A stretch of 64,000 bases of DNA from Amphiscolops sp. MND2022. Taxonomy: Eukaryota. Every line of letters begins with the position of its first letter. Positions within the stretch are counted from its first letter, which is position 1. Shown one piece after another: positions 13,150 to 26,662 of the stretch. The stretch covers positions 27,096,001 through 27,160,000 of the forward strand of contig OZ076409.1 in the NCBI GenBank assembly GCA_964187785.1, written 5' to 3'. The position numbers and the translations under genes were made by a program. A model generated the notes under the pieces. It did no database searches, was not told where the DNA came from, and saw nothing but the letters and a program-made list of their open reading frames with translations.

Positions 13150-16100
13150 AGATCTTCCACTTAGATGGAGACGGAACACCACCGTTTGTGCTAAAGGGCA
13201 AAATCTACAACGAACAATTCGCAACGATAATGGACTCGGGGTCACCCATAAAACTTTTCACACAGAACAATGCGAGGGAGATTCTCAAAATGGATGTAAT
13301 ATTAGCGAGACCACTACCCAAGAAGTACATTGGACCTCTAATTGCACATGACGAAGTCAATGTGCATTGCAGTCCAGCTAAGTATGTTTTTTCCACTATA
13401 GTCAACTTCATAATGAGCGCCTTTTAGAAAAAAGCCAAAACCCCAGAGAGATTCGAACCTGCAGCCTCCCGATTGCACGGCATAAGTGTTGACCACTGTG
13501 CCATAGGAATGTTATTGAACAAAGTTGAACTGTTGAATATATACGCATGCGATTAAAATAATATAATTGCGCATATTAAAATAATCGATGTCTTCGTCAT
13601 GTGTTGCGAAGCACCGCTTCGCCTCTGTGTTCAACTAGGGTTCACGAAGTGAAGAAATCCATGGAGAAAGGAAGGATTATGATTACACGCGATGGTAAGA
13701 AATCTCTCATCGGACGTGACTGGTTGGCAAATTAGACTAGCTGAGTCAAACAGAATAAATGAGTATACCAAGACGGTAAATTTGTAAATAGTGGAAATTT
13801 CCCAACATTTTCAACAGACAGGAATATTGCTGGATTCACAATAAAATTGAATTTAAAGAAGGAGCGAGAGTAACTCAGCTAAAGGGAGCGGGTCCCATTA
13901 CAACTACGGGAACAACAGGGTGTCGAAATTCGACAAGTTACCAAAGACACGACGTGTCAAGGGAATCGATAATACCAACAACGAACTGTTTATACAACCC
14001 GTGCTCAGAACAATCAAAAGTGATCGGAGTGACAAACCCACCCTAAATGTCAGATCGCTCAAGAATGCCGTGTTGAAGGGCAAGTATGAGATGCCAAGTC
14101 TTGAAAGCCTATGGGATAAGATTGCAGAAATCGTAACTGGAAAACTAGAAGGTGAGGTACTCTTCTCAGCCTTGGATATGCCTTAAACATATAGGCAAAC
14201 AATATTACACCATTACACAACATTACACAAACAATAGGAAACTGCTAAACACTGCAACTTCCAAATCATGTGGGGAAACGAGACGACAGGGACGTATGAA
14301 TTCAAAACAAGCTTTTACGGATTAACAACAATGCCTTCGGAGTTCCCAAAGAAAATGGACAAATTTCTGCACAAAAGGAACGTTTTTTCATTCGTCGATG
14401 AGATCCTAGTAGTCGCAAAAGGAACAGAGGAGGACTACATGAAGAAAGCGAGGGAAACAGATGAAAACAGTGGATGAAACAGGATTACGACTGAAAATGG
14501 AATTGTGCAAGAAAAAAACGAGACTGACTGAGGTACATTTGACATGCAAGCATGCATCTGTAACTGACACGTTGAGGCCGAAAAATCTGGAAGACTTTCA
14601 ACGGGGCAATGAATGAAATGAACAGAGTTCACCGAACCAGCAAAACAAAGTGCACCACTGCAATCAATATTTAAAACGAGACAAAGGATGAAATTGGGAG
14701 GCAGAACATTAGAGTGCGTTTAACACGATCAAGGTTGCAAAGAAAAAAATGATACAAACTTCACACTTCAAGAACATTAAGATTGTTTATCATTTGTGAT
14801 GCTAGCAAAAACGGGCTACGAACAGGGGCACAACAGAAGTGAGAGGAAGGTTGGGAAACCACACAGTTCGCATCGAGGTTTGAGCAAATATATTTAATAA
14901 ATGAGTAAGAGCTATTAGCAGTAGTATCGGCCATAAGAAGTTGTTAAGTATGTACCGAGTTTGAGAAAGTTTCAGATCACAAGGCATTATTACCGAAACT
15001 AAAACATAACCAGGAAAATGAAACGTTCTCCTTCAGGCTAACCATGTAGATTGACTTCTTCCGTTTCAATTTAGGTTGGTTTATGCCCAAGGTAGCACAT
15101 TGGGGATGGCCGACTGTTTCTCACGCCATCACTCTGAAAGAAAAAGCATTGACAACAAAGTTAAACAGAATATTGACACGACTGGTTCACAACGCGAAAT
15201 GAAGTTTTTCTCGGCAAATCACGTTCAGCAAAACAACGAAGCAGCCATTTAGATCGAAGCTGTCATGTGAGAACAAGCTCTACGGAAGTGAAAAGTTGCC
15301 AATTGGAGCGGATAAAGCTACAGCGAATATACTGTCAAAGAGGTAGCGGCAATTAATAAATCAGAGCCCACAAGCGAAAGCTTGCAGGAAGTCGACCGCC
15401 ACCAGTGTTGAATTGAGTGACCACCTAATTGAAGCGGCAAAAAGGCCACCAATGAAAACGCTATGCTTCTCGTTTAATCGGGTAACCAGATCGAAGTATT
15501 GCAATCATTGGGCAATCACATTTCCGCGACATAGTACGAGACGGATGACTTTCTACAAGACGCCCGCTAAGCACCGGGATATTTTCCGCTACTAGAATAG
15601 TCAAGTAATTACAATAGTCGAATAAATCTAGTGTTACTGGTCAAGTGAGGTGATACTGGGAGGAGATTTGGCAGAATGTGGAAAAATAACGCAACATAGA
15701 TCATGATTTTCCTTCCCCATTTATGTCGGTGGAAAATGATAAAAGATCATCAAGCTGCTGAAAAAGCCCGACAGAGTTAAAATCAGTCGTCTCCCCACGC
15801 TATGGAAGAAAAATTAATGTGTTTCAGCCTTCTGGGTGTGAGGTGTGCGGTTTTTACAGGGACAAGCGTTTAGTTATACCAAAGCCTCTGCGACCAATGA
15901 TCATGCGATTACTACATTATGAGCACTCAGGAAGGGACAGCATGCTAGCTGGTCTTTGGAAGGTCTGGTGGCCGAGGTTGCACAGAGGTGGTGGCCATAG
16001 CAAGCCCGTGCACTCAGTGTCAAGAGGCCGGTGTGAACATAAACCCTGTACTTAGACAAAAGCAATTAGGTTAGTTGCCCGAGGGCACTGAAAGTAATCA

Positions 16101-16800
16101 AATAGAAACAGTACAATTTATAGGCCCTTTCAAAATGCTATTATAGTAAAGAAAAATCTGCTAGTATAAGTAAGACGTTTTTCTGAATAGCCCACACCGA
16201 AAAGGTAAAGGAAATCTTCAAAAAGTATGTAGCGAAACAGGGGATATCCTAAGTAATAATTACGGGACTGGTAAAAGCTTCAAGGAATTTTTCAAAAAGC
16301 AGCTAATTCAACAAATAGAAAGCACGATAGGCGACCACCGCGGTAACCGGAAAATAGAAAGACTAATAAGAACAATTAATGGAAGGATGAAGGCAAACAA
16401 GCAAACAGTCATAAGATAAGTCAGGCCTGTTAGAGATTCTGTTTCCACTGAGAATGTGTCCATTGGCAAACGGAAAATCGGCGTACGAGAACCTCGCTGG
16501 CAGAAAACCGAATACTATCAATAAGTTAGTAATAAATCCTTACCGGTACTTTTTAGAACTTTCCACTGTTCAACTGAACGAGACATGCGTTGAATCGGAC
16601 CAAGATTCAGCTATTCTTGTGCGGGAGGGGTCAATGGGCACCAAGTTAGAAGGAGCATACAAGAAAAGAAAGGGTGTCTTGGAGCAATCCAACCACAAAA
16701 TAACATTTACCAGCAGGTATGAAGCAGGCCACGATACTCTTAAAGAAACATAGCGAACAGACAGGAAGAATGGCGGCGATTGAGCGATGAGCCAGCTTCG
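13150..16800 (+). pseudogene. pol: Decayed Ty3/Gypsy pol (protease, RT, RNase H, integrase remnants)
   Basis: IMDSGS protease motif; KYEMPSLE...FSALDM and FYGLTTMP...FVDEIL RT motifs; LHYEHSG...WWPRL integrase zinc-finger remnant; many stops and frameshifts; boundaries approximate. Confidence 0.85.
13344..13630 (+). mobile_element. Second HINE-like family member inserted in the Gypsy relic, with an internal tRNA-like segment
   Basis: 12-bp subTIRs CACATGACGAAG (13345-13356) / CTTCGTCATGTG (13592-13603); 5' partial inverted repeat ATGTGCA; 3' stem-loop GCGAAGC-ACC-GCTTCGC (13606-13622); no TSD, TT at the left junction. Confidence 0.75.
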
Positions 16801-17297
16801 AGCGATATGGCTCATCACAGCGTTCAGCCAGAAGAAGCCGAACAACCATAATCACCGGTAATGGAACCCCCGCGGAGGGGTCAGATGGAGTAGATTTGAC
16901 ATGTCAATTAGAGCAGCAGCAGGTGGAAACGCCGTCACCTGAAGCACCAAGACGAGGAATAAAGAACACACCCAAATAAGAGGTCCGGCCACAACATCAT
17001 TCAAACCTTAACAGCAAAACTTAACCGTGTTGTGCGAGCCAAGCAAACACTCCATTCAAGGTATTTACATGACATAACCATTGTAAACGTACATTACTTA
17101 ACCCAAAGTTCGCTGTTAGAATTAGCATTAACATTCAGTTGCCGTGCCTGTAAACTTGCTGTTACATTGTGTAGTACTAATATTAGTTTGTTCACCAAAC
17201 TGTGGGGTGGTATGCGAGAGCTAAGCTAGACTCTTGAACTTACCTCTAAGTTAAATAAAAATAATCAAGTTGTTGACAAATATATTTACAAATACAA

Positions 17298-18557
17298 ACA
17301 AGACGGGAACGTCCCAAGTCGGCGCCATATCTAAGGCTCAAAAATATTCAAGGAACAACTATTGGAAACATTTGGAACCAGAGCCGCATATGCGGTAAAG
17401 GAGTCGGCTCAAGTCTTTTTCCTTCTGACTCGCTTTCGTTCGAATCGTATGAACAGTTTGTGAGAAAATCGAAAAAATCGAAAAATGGCTGTTTTTTGGC
17501 CATTTTTGGGCTAATTTTGGCTATGTTTCTCACATCCCAGACATACGATTTTGATGCCTTTGCACACGCAGGGGCCCCTTTGGGTGTAGAATGGCTGTGC
17601 AAAATTTCGTGAAAATCGTATGGACAGTTTTTGAGAAATTTGAAATTTTCATGAAAAGGTCGGGAGAAAAAAAACAGCACGATTGCATAAGTAGTCGAAA
17701 ATTTTTTCCGACTCCTAAAAAATTAATTTTTTTAGAAAAAGTTTTTTTTAAAACAAAATGTCGCACAATGCCCAAAAACTCAAAAAGAGGCCATTTAGTC
17801 TCATTAAACGTTTTTACAAACCAAGAACTTCAAAAAAATGCAAGGGGGTACCATCTGATAGAATTCGAAAATTTTCAAAAAAGTCGCGTAGTGCCGAAAA
17901 AAACCTAAAGGGGGGCCTTTGGGCTCGCCTTTACTTTTGGAAGCATAAAAAATTTGTGGTTTAGTACGAGAATCGAACCCACGATCTCCTGCTTTTCAGA
18001 AAATTAGTTGAACAAATGAACTAAAGATTGTAAAAAAGTGGACAATTCAGAGTGTGATTGTAGGCTGAAAAAGAAACAAGCCGGGAACGGCCCAAGTCGG
18101 CGCCATATCTAAGGCTCAAACATAGCAAAAGGACTTCAAAATGTTTAAGTATTGTTGAATTGGGGACCCTTTTATGAAAAAAAAAATTGGAAAAAAGTTT
18201 CACAATGCCGAAAAAAAACTGAAAGGGGGGACACTTTGGGATTTTTCAACATTCATTCTGTCGGAAAATATCAAAAAATTGAAGGGGGGCCCTTTGGTGA
18301 GAATTTTTTTCGAAAAAAGTCTCACAGTGCCGAAAATACTCTAAGGGAGTACCCTTTGGCCCCGTTGAGTTTCTTAGATAATGTAAAAATACCTCTTTGT
18401 AATTACTTTGCTTAAGCTAAGTAAGAATTGTAAAAATTGTAAGATTGTAAGAATTGTAAGAAAAGTGGACCATTCAGAGTGAGATTGTAGGCTGAAAAAA
18501 ACAACCCACTGTAATAGTCGGGCTTTTTTCCTTAAGGGAAAAGGCGCCGACTAAAAA
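17298..18557 (-). mobile_element. Two adjacent HINE-like elements (17298-~18075 partial; 18076-18557 complete)
   Basis: Stem-loop GCCG-GGAA-CGGC at 18080-18091; subTIR AGTCGGCGCC 18095-18104 and its inverse GGCGCCGACT 18543-18552; terminal fold-back 18515-18553; A-run flanks without TSD. Confidence 0.75.
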
Positions 18558-20924
18558 GACAAAAGATACAAAAGATCTCTTCTCCAAGTTGCTAGTCACC
18601 GGAAGATTCACTCGTTAGCTAGCAGTCTTAATGCCAAAAAATTCACAAGGGGACACTTTGATCTGCCCTCTACTTTTGCAAGCATGGAAAAATTTTGTTT
18701 AGTGCCAGACTCGAACCCAAGTACTTCTGTTTGTCTGACCTCGTCTTTAGGAAATCTGATTTAACCTCTAGTCGACTAAAAGCAGAAAATGGTGACTTCT
18801 TTGCGACCAGGGGAAGCAAAATTTTAACCTAAACTAAATTTGTATGATGTTTGGGTGGGCTCACAGACAAGAGTAAAACCTTAAAGTATCATTATCAGTT
18901 TGTAGTCAAACTCTAGCCCAGTATATTTCTGTCATCTCAAGACTTAGATATTTCACTGATACCTCTACTTCGATAAGATACTATAAAGCTTTTATTAAAC
19001 CACTTATCGCAGATGACTCGGTTTATGGATGTTGAAAAGTAGATTGGATGTTTTCAAAGCTGAGAAAAATTTCTCATCATTTTTAGGATAAGATGTTCCA
19101 TACTAAGTCGTTTCAATTCTTATTACGAATATTTTAAAATCTTTTTATGCTAGAGCTTCTAAAATTCGCAATACAGTCTGTGTGTCAGAAACAAACAGAC
19201 CTCCGTTTTCAGAAATAATCTCTTCAAAATGTGAAAGTTTCAATTCACACGAGAAGTATAAGCACTTGGGTTTGGAAAGGTAGTCAATTCTCTTTCTTTG
19301 CATTATCACGAGAGGCGACTGCTCAACCGCTCAGTGAAAATGAAGCTTTCATCTTTGAACTACTCACTGATAAACGATAATGAGACCAAACGGTGGTGTA
19401 TTCTTTGCCCTCTATGTTAAAACATAAGAACTAGCTGGGTTTGTCTCATGCCAATAAGAGGCGGCAAGACTTCTAGTTTCATAGGGTCATCCGCAGATAA
19501 CGTTGACCAGTTGGAGGGTCCTCCTTAGTCTTCGTTGCAAAACTTTTCTGAGCATTCTTAACTAGACTCTAAAGAAATGAATTCTCTTCCGTTATCTGAT
19601 TTGACAGCAAAAAGATTTCCCGAGTTAAAAACCCACGTTGACCTCCATGCAATAAACATAGAAATCTTGAAAAGTCAAGTCATATGGTATGGTGATGTAT
19701 GAAATCAGTTCATTCATGTTTTTGAAATGTTTGCGTATCGAAAGACATTTAAAATATCCGTATTTGATTTTGGAGGTTCAAATTGTGTGATCTTCGGTTC
19801 CATCATCTCACTTACTTTAAGGCTACTTTTATCGTAAGTGTTTCTGTGTGATTTGAGACAAATTATGATCTTACGTAGAGGTAATCATGAAAGTCAAACA
19901 TTGATCATATATGAAATTCATTCAGAGCATAGCAAGACGTCAACGTTTTTTTTTAAATGGCAAACTAGTTTCCATATGAGAAAACAGTCTGAACTAAATG
20001 TAGGTCAATCCTGAAATTTTTTAATGGCAGCACTTTATTGACAATTTTTTGTCAGTTTGTTTTTTAAAAACGTGCAATAGTTGAACATTGTAGCTTCAAT
20101 AGAATCTCTTTTATGGCCTTTCTGCCGTAAAAGCTCACAAAGAACCAGTCAGTGATCCAAGAGTTACACAAAGTTTTTTGAGTCCATATGAGCGTAATCT
20201 TAATGATTTCTGAAGCATTGATTGGATGGCCTACTAATACTGAATTGAGTCGCTAAAAAATTCGCTTATAGCCAACCTCGGTTTTTGGATGTGCAGTTTT
20301 CGCTTCTTTTGCTTTTTCTAGACTGCTTCTTTGCTAACCACTAAGCAGCCGCTAATAAAGTTTCAAAAAAATTGAATTCAATCATGTTATTTCGTAAGCT
20401 GATCAGAAGCTAATGCCCATTTTACTTTGCCAAACATGATGTATTTAAATCTCAGAAAAAAAAGAATATTTAAGTTAGAGATTGACTACCAAGTTCAACA
20501 TTAGAAAAATACTCATTTCACTATGTGTGCCTCTGCCTCATTCTATCCAAAACCATTGTAAAGTTTCAACTTTTAAGGTGAATAAATGATTAGATAGACC
20601 AATCTGTTATCAACCGACTTGAAAGCAAATAGCAAAGCCAAATTGACAGAGCACATTGGAAAGACTAGTTGCAAATATATCAAATAGTTGATGATTGCAT
20701 CTTTTCCGTTCGACGTAAAATTCGAATTTTTCTCAGATTTCAGTGCGACAAGACGGAAAGAGTTGGGCTCATTTGGCATCATTATTACTCTGGTGTCACA
20801 TTAGCAAATTGTAATACTACCGAAATCAATTCAGGTAATCAAAATTATTCTCTGTTCTTTATTTGAATACTTTCAAGTGTATTGTACCCAATGCAAATTT
20901 CTCCAAGCTTCTCAAACGTTTCGA

Positions 20925-23530
20925 ATGTCTAACAACACTACCCTGCATTGCCCACTACTACGGCAACAAAGAAAACATTGTGATTACAGACGCATGTGAA
21001 ACTAGCCTCGGAGTAGCACTATGGCAGAAACAAGGCAACGTATTACTGAAACATTGCCAGCCGTTACCTAAATGACGCAGAAAAGAAATACTTCATCAGA
21101 GAACTAGAGCTACTGGCTTTGGTTTGGGGGCTTGAACGATTCCGATTAGTCCACCTATGCGGCAAACAAGTTCAAATAATTTCGGACCATCAAGCACTTG
21201 AATCGCTTTTTATAAAAACAAAACCAATAAACAAAACAGCGCACAACTAACACGATGGCTTGACAGACTAAACAATTTTTTTCATCAGTCTGAAGCAAAC
21301 CGCAGAAACAGAAATAAAATTCACAGACTTTATTAGCCGTAATCCTACCAGTATTCGTGATAAACGCCATCGCGAAACTAGCAACGGTAAATATTCGCTT
21401 TGGACGAGTTTTCGACCAATCCGACGGCGCGAACGCCGACAACAAAACGAACAAGCGTGATACGCACGCGCTAATTGATACGCGACGCTACCAAACAAAC
21501 AAGAGTCATTTTTGGTCTACTTACTCTACATTACAGCCGCATCGCGACAAAATCATTACAAATAAATCAACAATGAATAACAACAATGAAAATAATCAAA
21601 ACGCAAGAACAATCTTCCGAATAGACGGACAATTACGTTACCACTGGGACAACGAAATCATGGCCATAAGCAACCGGAGAGTGAAGTTTCCCGAAACTGC
21701 GGAACTTGTGACAAAACGAATTGAGCTTGTGAGACCAGGAGCGATGAGGCGACAGTGGAACAAAAATTTCAGAAGAGTAATCTCCCTACCATGAAGCTCA
21801 GAAGGAGAAAAAAGGTAGATAAAAAGGATCAAAATACAACTTAAAAGAAAAGAACGAAAAGCACACATCGGCGGGGGCTATTTTAGAGATTTCGGAAACG
21901 AAATACCATCGAGGCCCCAAGAACTAGACCTAACCAACAAAGATAATCCACGGTCTCAACAAACTCTGAAGAAGCAGCAGCAACACACAAACTGGGATCA
22001 TACCTGTCCGAGAGGTTATTACCCCGCCATACCAGTACAGGACTACCGAGATTGCCCAATTGAAGAAACAGCGGCCCACTACGTCCGCATAAACCGTGTG
22101 GTGGAAGAGAAAGCCACCTGAGACAAACAACAGGAAGACAAATGTCAGGGCAGTTGAACGAGAATCCATGCTAGATCTAGAAACACTGATCAAAGAAACA
22201 GCCGCTCTTCCCGACATCATTGAATTTAACTGCTCCCTCGAAGACAACAACATCAACCAAATACCCAATGGCTACAAGACAGTGGCAAAGAAGCTCACCC
22301 ACCGATGGGCATCATAATGGTAGATGACTGGATAAAAGTGTCAAAAACACGACGATACGCAGCCCTGAGCGCTCTACACTTCGAACACCCCGGGATAAAC
22401 AAAATTTGCAACGACGCAGCAATATACTGGTGGCCTAATATGCGGGCAGATATCAAGGTAAACCAAAAACATGCTCAGCATGCCTCAACGCCCATAAGAA
22501 CCTAAAATTGCGAACACCACAAACCGAAAAAAAACTTAAATTGAACCGCTTAAAACTCCGAGCGAAGAAATTCAAATAGATTTCACCGGAATTCTACAAA
22601 ATAATAATCTGCCATCAAGCCCTTACAGATTGATTGCAGTGGACAAAAACAGCCGCTGGCCGGTGGCAAACACTATAGAAGAACCAACCACCGAAACGGT
22701 TATTAATTTTCTAAACGAATATATAAATGTGTAGGGAGTACCGAAGCCTATGAATTTAGACAATCGAGGCGCTTTCATCTCCAAAGAATACGAAGAATTT
22801 TGAAAGTTACAGAAAATAAACTGGTAATACAGTACTGCAAATCTACATACCGGCACCGGATTGGTCTAGAGAACGATCCAATCATTGAAGAACTTAATAC
22901 TGGCAAATCTAAAAGACGGAACGAACCTCCGTGAAAGTTCAAATAGGGCACTTTATGTCCTAAGATTTACAGTAAAAAAAATCAAGAAATCAAGAAAAAC
23001 CGTTCGAATCCCACTTCGGCGACAAACCTAGAACAAAGTTGTCTAATGTACAAAATGCTATTTCAGTGAACTCAAAGGACTTCTCTGTCTACATGACCCA
23101 AAATTCGGCTGGAGAAATAACAGACAACCTGGTGAAGTCGAAGAAAAAGACAACTGAACCGGGAATGACTTTCTCACAAACCAAAAAACCGACCAGGTCG
23201 GTAAGTATGAACAAATTCAACTGCCCTTTTATATTCTACCAAAAGAATTACAAGAAGAGCTCCCTAGAAAGTAAATATAACAACAGAACCCAAACCGCCT
23301 TATCGGGCACGGAACACTCCGTAACTACAAACAAAAATGAAATAAAACGTAGAAAACATGTCCCCAACCCGTTACCCATTCAGCAAACAATCAGCACCCC
23401 AACGAAACGAATAAATTCCCGACGAACTTATGTCGAACAACCAACTGGCTGCAAAAGAATGACCAGCCGCGTAACAACAAAGGCCAATTCACGTAGCCAA
23501 ACGAAAGTGCGGCGAAGGAAATCGACCTAA
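20925..23530 (+). pseudogene. pol: Decayed Ty3/Gypsy pol fragment (RNase H and integrase)
   Basis: ITDACETSLGVALWQ; RYLNDAEKKY..RELELLALVWGLERFR; LHFEHPG...YWWPNMRADI; LIAVDKNSRWP; many disablements; boundaries approximate. Confidence 0.85.
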
Positions 23531-25003
23531 ATCTCAGATTTGTCTCTGGCGGAGAATGTGACTGCTACAACAAGTCCGACGGCACACCGGTGCAACGAAC
23601 TCCAACTTACTGAGACTGTTACGAAAGACAAGAAACACAGAGGTTATTCCCGAAGCACTTTTAAATTGAAAACAAGATTTTTGTAATTTGTGAGATTTTT
23701 CCACCGGCTTTTGATGAATTTGAAGTCCATCTTTGTCATGGCTGAGAAACCGTGAGAATGTATCTACGTAATTGTTTGATTCTAGCGCTGATGAATACGA
23801 CTGTGAAATAACTTATGATAATCCATTTCATGAACAAAGCATCCCTTCGGAAGGCATATTTCGCCCTCGACCATAACGAAAGTAAAAACATTATTCGACT
23901 CTCGAATCAAAAGAACACATGTCATAGTTTTCATGAAATCTCGAACTGAAAATCGACCTGATTGTTTGATTACTAACCCCAAAATTTATGATAACCTTTT
24001 GACGCATAGCTCACAAGTTTTCACCGTCGAAAAGTGACCAGTTAAACACTATTTGATTTTTTCGTTTTCGTTACATGTAAAACTTCTACAATTTGATCAA
24101 AGTAGTGAAAGCGACTATTTTTCTAAACCTTATACCGTTGTTTAACGACAGTTCATCGAGCAACAATTCAAATCAGAAGACTACTCATCACATAGAAGAA
24201 TTGAAACTCAAGTTGAAAAATATTCCAGACTGCAACAGAAAAGACTGTTTGGCCCAAATTGTACGCCCACGATAAAAGCTTTGAGCATCCCACTGGAACT
24301 CTAAGACTCTCTGGAGCTAAGCAATTAGCAGTGTTGACACTGAGTCAATGAATGACGAAGCTCCAGTTCTCATTGCCATGCACCTTATGGGAGCCGAATG
24401 TGAAACTGAGACTCGTTTCTGCCTTCAGTCAACAGCAGCGGACTTAGAAGCAGCCAAATGCTGTGAACTTTGAAAACACGGTGTTGGAGGAAAACCAAAT
24501 AACGTTCAAAGAAATAATGTTCCAAAGTGAGTTGGAACTTGGAAGTAAAGTCCAAGACAATTTATAGGAATTAATGTTCAAAAAATGTCTTCCAAGGTAT
24601 TTTTCTGAACAGTGAAAACAATTGAAAGATTTGTTGTATGACTGGGCCAACCGCTTCAGAAGCGCTTCGCACACTCTCCAGGTCAGTATGTGACCGTGGC
24701 AGATCACGATTGCCTTCTTTGGACGTTATTAAATGTGAGAACTTTTGTGCGTTATCTACTTCCAGTGAAAAAAACATCCGACTGCACATATGTGTATACA
24801 CATACACTACAAAGAAAAAACTAAAACAGACTCGAGATATCCATTGTCTTCCATATGTCTTCTCAGCTTCACCAAAGGCAACGATATCAAGTAGAGTCTG
24901 AAACCTACTTGAGTTAAAAGCGCTTCAAAGGCAGAAATTGCACTTTGAGAATGCAACAGTGGTGGTGCATGACTTGGTAACACCGCAACAAAAGACTGCA
25001 TAT

Positions 25004-26662
25004 CAGGGGTGTAAAAAAGATTATCTTAGCAAAGATTATCTAGATAATGGTAAATAAGATAATCGACTTTTAAAACAAAGTAAATAAAGATTATCTAATT
25101 GGCCTAACTAACTGGTAATCTAGATTATCTAATTTTCTACTTTTGCCAGGATAGCAGCTTCTCATTATGTTTACGTGTAACGTGGATCAGGCTTGCAAAT
25201 TTTATGCGCTAAAGTTTGCCAAAACATGCGCTCCGGATATGCGGTAAAAATGCTTCATTATGCGCTAATTTCTCAAAAAAATGCGCTGTTTTCAAAATTT
25301 CATTTTGCAACATTCAAATTAAAATACAGAAACAAAAACTTTGCTGTGTTTTCGGGGTTCAGTTTTTTTCTGTCGCTAGAACAAAGCCGGTTGTATTTGG
25401 AGAAACTCCGTTCCACTTCCGCTGAACTGAATGGGAGAAAGCCATAAGCAAACGCCAACGATGATAATTGGGGCAAAATTCGGTATTCGACTTCAGAAGT
25501 CCCTTACCTCCATACTGTGGACTCCAATACCGTCCATAGATAATCACAACTGTTAGTTTGTCTAAGTTCACGCGCTTTTTGACTATATACTTTGAATTCA
25601 GCAGTACAGACCAGGCTTGTGCGTTTTTCACGGAAAATTTCCTCGATTTTTACGCTGCATTTAACGACAATTTTTACGTAAGTTCACGCTCTATTTCACG
25701 CGCAAAGACTGAATACGGTGCAGTTGGCGTCGGCTTTTGTTTGTTTTCATTCCATTTTGTCAGTTCATCTCTTGAATTTCTCGGCACGATCTTGCAAGAT
25801 CTTGCAAATTCGTGGATTTCTTGGTAAGAATCTTGGCAACATTCTTACAAAGAAATCCATGAAAATCCAAGATTATTATCAAGAGTTGCAAGAGTTTTTA
25901 CACTGGGAAGATATTATCGGCACAACGATTTTTGCTGAACGACTGTTTAGTGTTGCTGGGAATATATATACGCCATCGAGATCATCAATGTGCCCAACAA
26001 CATTTGAAGAAACCTTATTTTTAAAGGTCAATCGCAAATTCTGGGACAATAAAATGATAGGTCATATCATTGATTTGTAAATGGATTATTTAGGATAATC
26101 TTAATAATCTAGATAATCTTAATAATTCATTGTTACATAATCGCTTATCGCTTTTAATCAAAGATATTGGACCATGTGTTCAATCCCCCCCCCCAAACTA
26201 CGGCGGGGGGAAATAAGACAGAAGGTTCAAATACCATTATGTCGACATAGTTTGCGTTGAAATTTTGGTCCAACATAAAAATTGATGCCGACATAATCCT
26301 ATCCATTACATTGACTGTCGTTTAAAAGTTGCTCATTTGATTTAATAGCGGACAAAATTTGCGCTGAAATCGGGGCCTTTTTATACGGTTTTAGCTTGTT
26401 TAAAACGTGAATTTCTGCTATTTTGGGCAATAACATCAAAAAATTTTGGTAATTTTTTTACCTGAAGTGTCCAAACAGTTGTAGAGGCAACCCTCTAAGT
26501 ATATACATTCATATAATATTCTCTTACTCGTGAAATATTTTTATTCAAGAACAAAATGTGCTTTCGTGTTGGGGGGGGGATTCGCAACAAAGTGTACCTG
26601 GGGGGGGGGAATTGAACACATGGTCCAAGATATTATTAGTGATAAGATAGTTTACACCCCTG
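25004..26662 (+). mobile_element. Non-autonomous hAT element with nested insertions
   Basis: TIRs CAGGGGTGTAAA / TTTACACCCCTG; perfect 8-bp TSD CTGCATAT; hAT C-terminal remnant AERLFSVAGNIYTPSRSSMCPTTFEETLFLKVN at ~25930-26035. Confidence 0.92.
26169..26626. mobile_element. GG-terminated MITE (Merlin- or MULE-like) nested in the hAT element
   Basis: TIRs GGACCATGTGTTCAAT / ATTGAACACATGGTCC with adjacent C/G runs; 8-bp TSD AAGATATT at 26161-26168 and 26627-26634. Superfamily uncertain. Confidence 0.85.

Noticed and set aside
24140..24990. Coding-like stretch on the plus strand
   Set aside because: Interrupted by stops, with no recognisable motif or consistent splice pattern.
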